DNA of 29,245 nt from Candidatus Thorarchaeota archaeon (GTDB taxonomy: Archaea > Asgardarchaeota > Thorarchaeia > Thorarchaeales > Thorarchaeaceae), in the NCBI GenBank assembly GCA_029855935.1, contig JAGSHN010000014.1, forward strand, positions 1 through 29,245. The letters run 5' to 3'. The position numbers and the translations under genes were made by a program. Of the stretch, positions 9,251-18,826 are shown piece by piece. Position 1 is the first letter of the stretch. Each line of letters opens with the position of its first letter. Below the pieces are notes generated by a model that saw only the letters and a program-made list of their open reading frames with translations, was not told where the DNA came from and searched no databases.

Positions 9251-9765
9251 TCCAAACTCCTCCCACAGATGAAGCCGTGCTCGACTGCTCTCCTCCCAGT
9301 GGCGTTCCGAAGAAATCGTTGATAGTGCGAAACCTATGAGAGCAGTCACCCTCGAGAACTTTGCGGTCGTCGTATCGATTCAAACGGATAGCACTCTTGC
9401 GGCCCACCTTGACCCATGCCGACAATATTAGCCTTGTGGCCATCTGCGATTGACGAACTTGATACCATTTCATCGGTATCGCATGATAGCTCTATGAAGG
9501 GGACTTTGATAATGCTTATCTCAAAATGTGGCCATAGTATGTGGTGACCGATGAAGGCCATCGAGCCTACTGGCTCGAGAATCAACTGCAGCGCGACAGC
9601 GTGCTGACCGTTGAACATAGTTCGATGAGTCGCATCGTATACCTCGTCGCGGTATTTCGCCACCACAGGCTCACTGCATCTGAGCATTGTTTCCTCCTCG
9701 ATGATTGTCATAGTGCCTTCGTATACTGGTCAGTCGTCTTTTCGCGCAGGTTGGAGGAGAGACAG

Positions 9766-12660
9766 GTGGTCAACACAAGCAGATTGTCACTCTTGGTGGT
9801 CATAGTCATATGCATAATGGGAGTTCCCCTCGGCATATCTCCGTGTCAGGGAGGTCCTCGAACGTGGCCCATAGCAGTCGGCGCACAGTACTCTGTTCAC
9901 CCGCCCATACGCATATTCAGTGATGCCGACTTTGCCTCGCAGGGATGGCCCGGAAGCGGGACCTTTGTGGATCCGTATGTCATCGAGGGATTGCACATAA
10001 CGACTCCAGACGCAGGGATTGTCATCAAGGACACGTCAGCCTATTTCGTGGTGAGGTCGTGTGTCTTCGAGGGCGGCGACTCGCCCGTGAGTGCGGGCGT
10101 CTACCTTGAGAATGCCCACAACGGGGTTGTGGAGGATTGCCTCTTCTTGGACCTGAGGTTTGGCGTAGTGGTTCTCTTGTCGACCAATCATAGGGTGGAG
10201 GCCTGTGAGTTTGACTACTGTTACGCAGCGGTCTCGGCATCGGGCAGCAGCGCGGTCAGTATTGTGGACTGCCGGGCACAGTCGTGTGATACGTTTGTTG
10301 ACGCATCGTCGACGGCTATCCAAGTGACCCGGTCTTCGACCAGCGATGTCGGAGTGAGCGTGTCAGCGGCCGTTGGAAGTGACTTGTCAATCTCTGACAG
10401 TACGTTCACAGAGGGTGGGATCAGTATCATCTCTAACTCTATGGCGGACTGGTTCATAGATGTCGACAACGTGACGGTCAACGGGCTGCCTCTCGGATAC
10501 TTCGCAAACCTGACGAGCGGGCACATAGACGCCTCCGGCTACGGACAGTTGATCTTGGTCAATTGTACTCACGTGACAGCAAGTGGGGGTACGTTCCATG
10601 CTGGGAATGCGATTGGTATTGGCCTGGCATTTGTCAGTGACTCGAACCTCACGGACTTCGAAGTATATGGCGGGACCAATGGTATCATGATGACCCATAC
10701 CGAGCTCTGCCGGGTGACTCAGTGTGTTCTCAACGGCTGCGAATCCGATGGACTGATGATGTACTCTGGCGTAGGCGATATTGTCTACGACACTACCTTC
10801 ACGGACTGTCTGACGGGAATTGACGAGCTATCCGGGGCCGGAAACACGATCATGCAGTGCTTCTTCGAGTGCTACTATGCGGGAATCAACGTGGCAAATT
10901 CAGGTTTTCTCAATGTGAGTCACAACGTCTTTGAGGTCGCTGGTCTTAACTTACAGGTCGGCACTATCACGGAACACAGCCTCTTGACGACAAACAACAC
11001 ACTGAATGGGAAGACACTTGGAGTCTTTTCGAATCAGGAGGGCCTGAGTCTGGATGGCGATGACTACGGTCAGGTCATTCTCATCAACTGCAGCCACTCG
11101 GTGGTGGACGGAGGTCACTTCAATGGAACGAACGTCGCCGTCATAGTGGCGCGCAGCGAGGACTGTACGGTCCAAAATGCCCAGATTGAGGGCATGATGA
11201 GCTACGGAATCCTCGGGTATAGCGCTAGGGCGCTGAAGGTCCTTAGCAACAACCTGTCTGATGTCTTCGGAGCCGCAATCTACCTCGACGTGGCGGAGAA
11301 CTCTGTCATAGTCAACAACACCGTCACACGTTGTGAGAGCACCGGCCTGTTGATTTCGACATCTCCCAACACCCTGATTCAGAACAACACGATCTCGGTG
11401 GAATGGGGAGCGGCTGTCTTTCTCGGCTTCTCAGGCGGCTGCACACTGAGAGATGACGACCTCATCGGCGGCGGTATCCTCCTGGACGGAATGGGTATAG
11501 ATACGGTGACGTTCACAGTGGATGATGTGACAGTAAACGGAAGCCCTCTCGGGTACTTCCTGAATGAACAGGACGCTCTCGTCGACGGTAATAAGTACGG
11601 TGAGGTCGTGCTGGTGAATTGCACTGGAGTCGTCGTGCTCGGCGGCGAGTTCGCTGGTACTGGTCCGGCTGTTGTCGCAATGTACTCCAAGTCGTGCGCT
11701 GTGTCGGGAGCGGACTTCGTGGATTGCTGGCGCGGAATTCACGCACAGGAGACTAATGGTTTCTCGGTGATTGACTGTAGGTTCATAGACTGCGGTATCG
11801 GCTTGTACTTCTCTTCTGTGACCGGTCTTGACATTCTCGACAACACTGTCCTAGACTCGGTCCATACCGGGATTCAGATCTCTAGCTGCGACAACGTGCA
11901 GGTGACGAACAACTCCATCTGTTGTAGCGGGGCCTATGGCATCTCGGTGAGCGGCCACAGTCCGCTCACTGTCGCTCACAACAAGATCTGCGGTGCTGAC
12001 ATCTTTGGAGTGTATCTTCGGACTAGCTCCGACTCCTTCCTACTCTACGACAACGAGTTTGCGGGCAACGACTTTGCCAATGCCTTTGACGGAGATGGAG
12101 CAGCAAAGTGGAACAGCTCCTCAGTAGGGAATGCTTGGGACGACTACTCAATGATTGTCCCATACAGGATATCGACATACTATCTCGCATTCGACTATCA
12201 CCCGCGGGCCTTTGCTAGCGACCTGTCAGTTGATCATCCCGGCGACATGGCCTATATGGAGGGAACCACTGGCCACTCGATAATATGGCGGCCATCCTGC
12301 ACCTGTCCAGAGACGTACTCCGTGTACGTTGATGGAGAGCTCAAGGTGTCTGACAGGTGGTATGGCGGATTGATAGAGTTCTCAGTGGACGGTCTGAACG
12401 CAGGGAGCCACAACGTCACCCTTGTCGTTCAGAGTGCCTGTGGAGCCAGCCTATCGGACACGGTCATTGTCACTGTGATCTCCAGTGTCACGTCGCCCAC
12501 GACGTCCACTACGACCGCACCGACAACTACCACTACTACGTCTACCCCCATAACGGGACCGCTTGACGACCCGCAGGTCCTTCGCTTGCTGCTGCTGGGC
12601 CTCGGAGTGCTATTCGTGATTGTTCTCGTTCTCTACGTCCGGGCAAGACGTTCAAAGTAG
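9766..12660 (+). CDS. Surface parallel beta-helix (NosD-like) protein with one Ig-like domain, Thr-rich linker and C-terminal TM anchor
   Basis: GGAGGAG before GTG 9766; signal peptide; GWPGSGTFVDPYVIEGL; PbH1-type repeats; GNAWDDY; TSPTTSTTTAPTTTTTTS; TM segment plus RARRSK. Confidence 0.9.
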   Translation: MVNTSRLSLLVVIVICIMGVPLGISPCQGGPRTWPIAVGAQYSVHPPIRIFSDADFASQGWPGSGTFVDPYVIEGLHITTPDAGIVIKDTSAYFVVRSCVFEGGDSPVSAGVYLENAHNGVVEDCLFLDLRFGVVVLLSTNHRVEACEFDYCYAAVSASGSSAVSIVDCRAQSCDTFVDASSTAIQVTRSSTSDVGVSVSAAVGSDLSISDSTFTEGGISIISNSMADWFIDVDNVTVNGLPLGYFANLTSGHIDASGYGQLILVNCTHVTASGGTFHAGNAIGIGLAFVSDSNLTDFEVYGGTNGIMMTHTELCRVTQCVLNGCESDGLMMYSGVGDIVYDTTFTDCLTGIDELSGAGNTIMQCFFECYYAGINVANSGFLNVSHNVFEVAGLNLQVGTITEHSLLTTNNTLNGKTLGVFSNQEGLSLDGDDYGQVILINCSHSVVDGGHFNGTNVAVIVARSEDCTVQNAQIEGMMSYGILGYSARALKVLSNNLSDVFGAAIYLDVAENSVIVNNTVTRCESTGLLISTSPNTLIQNNTISVEWGAAVFLGFSGGCTLRDDDLIGGGILLDGMGIDTVTFTVDDVTVNGSPLGYFLNEQDALVDGNKYGEVVLVNCTGVVVLGGEFAGTGPAVVAMYSKSCAVSGADFVDCWRGIHAQETNGFSVIDCRFIDCGIGLYFSSVTGLDILDNTVLDSVHTGIQISSCDNVQVTNNSICCSGAYGISVSGHSPLTVAHNKICGADIFGVYLRTSSDSFLLYDNEFAGNDFANAFDGDGAAKWNSSSVGNAWDDYSMIVPYRISTYYLAFDYHPRAFASDLSVDHPGDMAYMEGTTGHSIIWRPSCTCPETYSVYVDGELKVSDRWYGGLIEFSVDGLNAGSHNVTLVVQSACGASLSDTVIVTVISSVTSPTTSTTTAPTTTTTTSTPITGPLDDPQVLRLLLLGLGVLFVIVLVLYVRARRSK

Positions 12661-12815
12661 AATCTGATGTGTCGGGCCTGCAGCATCGCAGGTCCGTCAC
12701 ACCCCTTTTTCCTGAACTGCGGCAGTTGGCTCGGAGTCATTCATAGAACAGGCTGGGCATGGCAACTCTTTTAGCAAAGTTCCCCCAATCATTAGTATTC
12801 CATCGATTGTAGAGG

Positions 12816-15800
12816 ATGTTGTGCATTATGTCTCTTTTTCGCAGAGGACATTCTGTCCATCTCCTAGGTATTCTTGGTGCTATTTTGGTTCTGTTGCTGG
12901 CCACGCCTTCTATCTCGCTTGTCTTTTTTCCTCAGCCGGACCGAGCGACAACTGGGCCGTACGAGGTGGCGCCACCGATTCAGAGATTTGGTCAGCCGAT
13001 GGTGACGGCCTACACTGAACATGCGCCGATCACCATCACGTCTGATGCGGACTTCTCGTCACAGGGCTGGCCTGGGAGTGGTACGAAGACCGACCCGTAC
13101 GTGATTGCGGACCTGAACATAACATCGGACGAAACTCTCATCTCCATCAGTGACACTGCTGCCCACTTTGTCGTGACGGGATGCCTCCTGGTTGAACAGG
13201 GCAGCGTGTCAGCCCTGTATGTCCGTAACGCAACCAACGGAAGGATAGAGCAGTGTGTGGTTGTCGGCGGGTATGCAGGGATCTACGTGAGCGAAAGTTC
13301 AAACAATACACTGGCTGACAATGTCGTTTCTGAGGCCACTTCGCGTTGCATATACCTGTATCAGTCTTCCAACAACACCGTGATTGAGAACAACGTGTCG
13401 GAGTCGTCTACTGGTATCTATCTCCGGCAGTCCTACAACAACACCGTTCTGAACAACACTGTCTCTGGGATGTCATGGGACGGCATCAGCCTCTCTCAGT
13501 GTACAGACAATGCGCTCATAGAGAACAAGGTCCTCGACTGCTCGCGGAAGGGTATCTCTCTGTCTTCATCCGGTAACAACACTCTGAGTGCCAACGTACT
13601 CACCCGGGATGGTATCGGTATCGACGGCTCCGGGTTATCCTACTACATTCACAGCATATACCCCAGCAACACTGTGAACGGCATGCCCGTGGGCTATCTC
13701 CTGAACCTGGATGGGGTCGTGATTGACGGAAGCCAATACGGGCAGGTCATCCTGGTCAACTCCACGGCGACCACGATCAGGGATGGCGTGTTCGCCAACG
13801 CCTCAGTTGGTCTGGAGATCGCCTACTCCACTGACAGCTGGGTCGTGAACAACACCATTACTGGTAACCAGTGGTACGGTATGTGGGTGGTATACTCGAG
13901 CCACAACACGCTGTCTAACAACACAGTCTCAGGCAACCCAAGCTATGGCATCCAGATCACACATAGCTCGTCCTACAACAGGGTTGAGAACAACACGATC
14001 TCTGGTAACGAGTATTTCGGGCTAGACGTGTCTGGCGGTTCCGGAAACAATGTGACTCGCAACACGATTCGGCAAAACTCTGATGGCGGCATAAGACTGG
14101 CCTCTTGGTACTCTGTGGTCGAGCGCAATACAGTCACCCTCAACTCGTATCAAGGCATCCTTCTGGATCAGGCCGACCACAGCAACCTGACTGACAATAT
14201 GGTATCGTTCAACGAAGCGTCTGGAATAAGAGCCTCGTCCAGCGACTATGTCGCTGTGCTTCGCAATACCGTCTGGTCCAACGGGCTTGACGGCATTTAC
14301 ATGCACGACTGCCACCACGCTTCCCTCACGAACAACACTGTCACATCGAACTCAGGGTCCGGTCTCAGCGTGTATTTCTCGGACCAGATGTCTGTAGTCA
14401 ACAATACGTTGTCAAACAACTCTCGGTCAGGGATGTCGGTTCACGAGTCGACCCAGAGGGGAACTATAGTCAACAACACGTTCTCCAACAACGGTTGGAC
14501 TGGCGTATACTTGGAGAACTCGCATGACAACACCCTTGGTGGCAACAAGTTCGTACACGATGGCGTCTTCATCTACAGCCACGCGCTCTCCTCTATGGTG
14601 AACAACATCTTTCCCAACAACACCGTCAATGGCAAGCCACTGGGGCAGTTCATAGAGCTGAACAAGGGCACCATCAACGGGAACGACTACGGGCAGGTCA
14701 TTCTCCTCAATTGTACTGACACCGTGGTCGAGAACGGTTTCTTTGACGAGACCTCTGCCGGAGTGGAGATTATATACTCACACAACACCACTCTCAGAAA
14801 CAACGAGTTTGTTCGTGACGGGATCTTTGTCACCGGCGAGACTCCGTACTACTGGGCCCAGAACATATCGACGGACAACACTGTGGACGGAAAGAAGCTC
14901 GGATACTTCTACCAGCTTGACAACAGTGCGATTGATGGTCGCCAGTATGGTCAGCTGATCTTGGTGAACTGCACTTCGGTCACTGTGAGTGACGGAGTAT
15001 TTGTGAACAGGCCAGTCGGGATGCAGTTTGCATACTGTGACAACATCACTGTGACGAACACTACGGTTTCAGGCAGTGGCTATGACGGGGTGTGGCTGGT
15101 GTCTCCCACAAACAACACGATGGTAGACAGTACGGTCACGTCGAACGGACGCGATGGTGTGTTGTTCTACTACGGCACTGACAACGGCCTCACGAACTGC
15201 AATGTCTCGGCAAACGGACGGCACGGCATATACGTATACGCGTCAGACTACAACGGCCTGGAGAACTGCACCCTCTTGTCGAATGGCGAAAACGGGGTGT
15301 ATGTGTACGTGTCTTGGTACTACGACATAGAGAACTGCACCATTCAATCCAGTGAGGATGGCATATACCTGTTGAATGGTTATAATGGCACTGTGACTGG
15401 TAGCACTATCTCTCACAACTCAGAGAACGGTATGTACTTGCAGTCTTTCTGGGATTCAGAGGTGACCAACAACACCGTGTTCTCCAATGCACAACACGGA
15501 ATTAACTTATACACAGCGCATCGGAGCAGAGTGATCAACAACACTGTTACCATGAACGAAAACGGTCTGTGGATGACCGACATCCACGATCTCGTCGTGA
15601 CCAACAACACGGTCACTGACAACTCAGGTCTTGGTGTCCGTGTCTCGTCGGGCTCGTCCAACAATCTCTTCTACCTCAACAGGTTCGGGTGGAATCTGGG
15701 TGGCAACGGGCAGGACAGCGGGTCGGGCACCGACTGGAACAACACGGCCACGGGCAACTACTGGTCAGACTACAACGGCACTGGCGTCTACTACGTAGGG

Positions 15801-17369
15801 GGATCTCCGATTCATATAGACTACCTCCCAATGCGGCTCTTCGACCAAGCCCCTCCGACGATAGACCACCCTGCTGATACTGGGTACGATGAGGGCACGA
15901 CTGGCCACTCTATCACGTGGGCCCCGTCTGATATGCACCCGAGCAGGTACGAGGTCTACCTGGACACCCAGCTGGTAGCCTCAGGCGACTGGGATGGTGG
16001 CGCTGTCTCGGTCGTCATCGATGGTCTCAGCGCAGGAGTCCACAACTACACGCTTGTTGTCTACGACATCGATGGCAACACGGCTGAGGACACCGTCCTT
16101 GTGACAGTGACCGACGTCACTCCACCTTACATCGACAGTCCACCTGACATCCAGTATAGCGAGGACACGACTGGTCACTCCATCACGTGGAGCCCATCAG
16201 ACCCGCATCCGTCAATGTTCTGGGTGTTCCGGAACGAAACACTGGTCTGGATGGGACCTTGGCAAGGTGGTCCTGTCACTGTTGGTGTTGACGGCCTTCC
16301 TCTTGGTATCTACAACTACACTCTTGTGGTGTCCGACGAGGCCGGACACAACTCCAGCGATATTGTCTTTGTCACAGTCATCGATACGACCGCACCGATT
16401 ATTGATCATCCTTCTGACATTGCGTATGAGGAGGGGACAACAGGCCATACCATTGTATGGAGCTGGAACGACCAGCATCACGCCAGCTATGAGGTCTACC
16501 GGAATGGCACGTTGATAGACTCTGGTGCGTGGACGACGCCCAACATAGCAGTGAGCGTTGACGGTCTTGACGCCGGAATCTACAACTACACGGCGGTCGT
16601 CTACGACACCTCGGGCAACAGGGCCGCGGACACCGTGATTGTCACTGTGACCGACACTGTCTCACCATCAATCGATAGCCCGTCGGATGTTGAATACTCT
16701 GAGGACACGACAGGACACTCCATCGTGTGGAGCCCGTCTGATGCCCACCCAGCGAGCTATGAGGTCTACCGGAATGGGACCATAGTCGAGTCTGGCGCTT
16801 GGACGGGCGACAATATCACTGTGAACATCGATGGTCTCGGGGTCGGAGCCTACAACTACACCCTGGTCGTGTATGATGAGAGCGGCAACCATGCAAGCGA
16901 CACGGTGATTGTGACTGTCGTTGACACAACGGTGCCGAGCATCAATCACCCCTCGGACATCACGTATGCGGAGGGCACGTCGGGTCACTCTATTGAGTGG
17001 ACTCCGTACGATCGGCATCCAGCGGGCTACGAGATCTACCGCAACGGCAACTTGGTCATATCTGGGGTCTGGACTGGCGACACGGTCGCGATCAACGTCG
17101 ACGGACTGAGCGCCGGTACTCACAACTACACAATCGTGGTCTATGATGAGTCCGGCAACTGGGTAGGCGACACGGTCATTGTGACTGTCACAGCGCAGGG
17201 AACCACCACCGAGACGATCACAACCGGGACTACGCCCACTGGAACTGCCACCATAATTCTCACCACGTTGCCCCTAGGCTTTCTTGTCATCGTGTTGATC
17301 GTTGTGGCAGCATCCGGGGCAGTGATTGCCATCGTGATTGTGATAGTCCGTACGAGAAGGCGTCCTTAG
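12816..17369 (+). CDS. Large surface parallel beta-helix (NosD-like) protein with five Ig-like repeats and C-terminal TM anchor (start may be 12828)
   Basis: 1517 aa; many GIxLxxSxNNTxxxNxx repeats; GNYWSDY; five PxIDxPxDxxYxExTTGHxIxW units; TM segment plus RTRRRP; abundant NxS/T sequons. Confidence 0.92.
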   Translation: MLCIMSLFRRGHSVHLLGILGAILVLLLATPSISLVFFPQPDRATTGPYEVAPPIQRFGQPMVTAYTEHAPITITSDADFSSQGWPGSGTKTDPYVIADLNITSDETLISISDTAAHFVVTGCLLVEQGSVSALYVRNATNGRIEQCVVVGGYAGIYVSESSNNTLADNVVSEATSRCIYLYQSSNNTVIENNVSESSTGIYLRQSYNNTVLNNTVSGMSWDGISLSQCTDNALIENKVLDCSRKGISLSSSGNNTLSANVLTRDGIGIDGSGLSYYIHSIYPSNTVNGMPVGYLLNLDGVVIDGSQYGQVILVNSTATTIRDGVFANASVGLEIAYSTDSWVVNNTITGNQWYGMWVVYSSHNTLSNNTVSGNPSYGIQITHSSSYNRVENNTISGNEYFGLDVSGGSGNNVTRNTIRQNSDGGIRLASWYSVVERNTVTLNSYQGILLDQADHSNLTDNMVSFNEASGIRASSSDYVAVLRNTVWSNGLDGIYMHDCHHASLTNNTVTSNSGSGLSVYFSDQMSVVNNTLSNNSRSGMSVHESTQRGTIVNNTFSNNGWTGVYLENSHDNTLGGNKFVHDGVFIYSHALSSMVNNIFPNNTVNGKPLGQFIELNKGTINGNDYGQVILLNCTDTVVENGFFDETSAGVEIIYSHNTTLRNNEFVRDGIFVTGETPYYWAQNISTDNTVDGKKLGYFYQLDNSAIDGRQYGQLILVNCTSVTVSDGVFVNRPVGMQFAYCDNITVTNTTVSGSGYDGVWLVSPTNNTMVDSTVTSNGRDGVLFYYGTDNGLTNCNVSANGRHGIYVYASDYNGLENCTLLSNGENGVYVYVSWYYDIENCTIQSSEDGIYLLNGYNGTVTGSTISHNSENGMYLQSFWDSEVTNNTVFSNAQHGINLYTAHRSRVINNTVTMNENGLWMTDIHDLVVTNNTVTDNSGLGVRVSSGSSNNLFYLNRFGWNLGGNGQDSGSGTDWNNTATGNYWSDYNGTGVYYVGGSPIHIDYLPMRLFDQAPPTIDHPADTGYDEGTTGHSITWAPSDMHPSRYEVYLDTQLVASGDWDGGAVSVVIDGLSAGVHNYTLVVYDIDGNTAEDTVLVTVTDVTPPYIDSPPDIQYSEDTTGHSITWSPSDPHPSMFWVFRNETLVWMGPWQGGPVTVGVDGLPLGIYNYTLVVSDEAGHNSSDIVFVTVIDTTAPIIDHPSDIAYEEGTTGHTIVWSWNDQHHASYEVYRNGTLIDSGAWTTPNIAVSVDGLDAGIYNYTAVVYDTSGNRAADTVIVTVTDTVSPSIDSPSDVEYSEDTTGHSIVWSPSDAHPASYEVYRNGTIVESGAWTGDNITVNIDGLGVGAYNYTLVVYDESGNHASDTVIVTVVDTTVPSINHPSDITYAEGTSGHSIEWTPYDRHPAGYEIYRNGNLVISGVWTGDTVAINVDGLSAGTHNYTIVVYDESGNWVGDTVIVTVTAQGTTTETITTGTTPTGTATIILTTLPLGFLVIVLIVVAASGAVIAIVIVIVRTRRRP
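15849..17192 (+). repeat. Five tandem ~270-bp Ig-like domain repeats (intragenic)
   Basis: Recurring ~90-aa units ending G.YNYTLVVYD.SGN...DTVIVTV. Confidence 0.9.
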
Positions 17370-17443
17370 CACTCCGTAGCATTCGAGACGCAATTGGCTG
17401 GATGCGGCGGCGTCCGCGAGACACGCGGTTAGCGCCTGCCCGC

Positions 17444-17487
17444 CTCGAGAGAGTGGACCCCAGAAGCGGGTCCATCCCTCTCCCTCG
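17444..17487. terminator. Possible hairpin between convergent genes
   Basis: TGGACCC-cagaagc-GGGTCCA stem-loop with imperfect GAGAG/CTCTC extension, between stops at 17369 and 17519. Confidence 0.35.
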
Positions 17488-17518
17488 ATATCGAGAGCTG
17501 CATAGGTGAACGGCGGGC

Positions 17519-18202
17519 TCAGGAGTTGGTCTTATCAGTCGGCCGAAGGAACCCCTCTTCGACGTATCTGCAGATGATGTCCATGAACCCGGGACACTTG
17601 CTCCATCGCATCTTGTATTCGCAGGTGCTGCAATCGGTCTCGATCTCACGAAGGCGTCTGGCATTCATCACGGTGATGACCGGTAGATACAGCGTGAGGA
17701 CGGCAATCACTTTGAGATCGATGTCCTGTACTATGCTGCCTCCGGCAATTAGGATTGAAAAGACAACCGACGCGAAGCCTCCGCCAAGGAGGAGCTTGGA
17801 TACACCTTTGATGATCTTGTTCTCTGTGAGTCCGAGCGCGCTCGTCAGTAGCGAGACCAAGACTGCGGCACCACCGCCCACGAGCAGGTAGTTCCTGTCA
17901 ATCAGAGTCGGGCTGCCCGACCACAGTGCGGCGAGAATGACGAGTGCCGAGAAGAACGAGAGTGTGTTGAAGAAGCAGCCGATGCACCACTTTCGTCCAG
18001 CGAGAGTGAATGTGTGTCCCTCAAAATGAGAACAAAAGGGGTGGTGGGCAGTCAGAAGAGGACCAGAGACACGAAGGAACTGGAGGGGACGCCGAAGTAT
18101 CGCCTTCCTGTCGAAGACGAGCCTGCCCCGTTCCGGATCCGACAGAACCTCTTCACACGAGTGCTCTGGGTGTTTGTTCTGGTCTTCGTTCATGACTGCC
18201 AC
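17519..18202 (-). CDS. Cys/His-rich 4-TM membrane protein, putative metal-binding (DUF2085-like layout)
   Basis: HHPFCSHFEGH...WCIGC before four TM helices and CSTCEY...CPG after them. Confidence 0.75.
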   Translation of the reverse strand: MAVMNEDQNKHPEHSCEEVLSDPERGRLVFDRKAILRRPLQFLRVSGPLLTAHHPFCSHFEGHTFTLAGRKWCIGCFFNTLSFFSALVILAALWSGSPTLIDRNYLLVGGGAAVLVSLLTSALGLTENKIIKGVSKLLLGGGFASVVFSILIAGGSIVQDIDLKVIAVLTLYLPVITVMNARRLREIETDCSTCEYKMRWSKCPGFMDIICRYVEEGFLRPTDKTNS

Positions 18203-18227
18203 ATTGTTTCTTCGAGCTCACACGAGA

Positions 18228-18608
18228 CTATGGGAACATAGTCGTCGTCGATGGTATCGCCGGAATCAGAAGGGCCAGCAGTCCTGGGAACAACAGGAAT
18301 ATGATTGCCAGCAGGACAATGGCCTCGATTATGAATGTGATCAGCCAAGCGGCGATTGCACCGCCCCAGCCGACCTCGTGCCGGGTCTTGATGAAATACC
18401 ACGCCAGGATGCATCCCAGTATTGGTATCAGTGATACTATTGCTATCAAGAGAGCGGTGACAAATACCGTCCCGAATTCTCGGTTCTGGCCGTTCACAAA
18501 TCCCAGTGCTATTCCGAGGAATATCGAATAGATGATGACTCCAACGATAAACACGAGCACTATTAGTAGTCCTATGCTGCCCAAAAGCAGTGCTATATCG
18601 AACTGCAT
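18228..18608 (-). CDS. Small multi-pass membrane protein of unknown function
   Basis: GGAGGAG upstream of ATG 18608; 126 aa, nearly all hydrophobic; 25 nt from the next gene, likely co-transcribed. Confidence 0.8.
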   Translation of the reverse strand: MQFDIALLLGSIGLLIVLVFIVGVIIYSIFLGIALGFVNGQNREFGTVFVTALLIAIVSLIPILGCILAWYFIKTRHEVGWGGAIAAWLITFIIEAIVLLAIIFLLFPGLLALLIPAIPSTTTMFP

Positions 18609-18764
18609 CTCTCTCCATCTCCTCCCATTACGGGAAATGGTGTGGACGAAGTTCAACACAAAGCGCCATAAAAGCGTGACGATGCACTGGGAGTAGAGCA
18701 AGAGTTCGGAGATGATGAGGCAGGTACTTGCTGACGACCGACGATGTGCGTACTCTCAGTGACA

Positions 18765-18814
18765 AGGAAAAGAAAGAGGAGGGGACCGGAGGTGCTGTAG
18801 CAGCCCTCAGTCCC
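18765..18814 (-). terminator. Hairpin plus pyrimidine tract downstream of the beta-helix gene
   Basis: Minus strand GGGAC-t-GAGG-GCTG-cta-CAGC-a-CCTC-cg-GTCCC followed by CTCCTCTTTCTTTTCC, 12 nt after stop 18827. Confidence 0.55.
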
Positions 18815-18826
18815 GCAGGATGAAAC

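Noticed and set aside
9251-9765. ORFs 9346-9711, 8859-9473 and the N-terminal extensions to 9541 and 9349
   Set aside because: No recognisable motifs; RBS and signal peptides support starts at 9250 and 9766, so this is best read as a divergent intergenic region.
12487-12555. Thr-codon low-complexity repeat
   Set aside because: Ordinary Thr-rich linker before a TM anchor in archaeal surface proteins.
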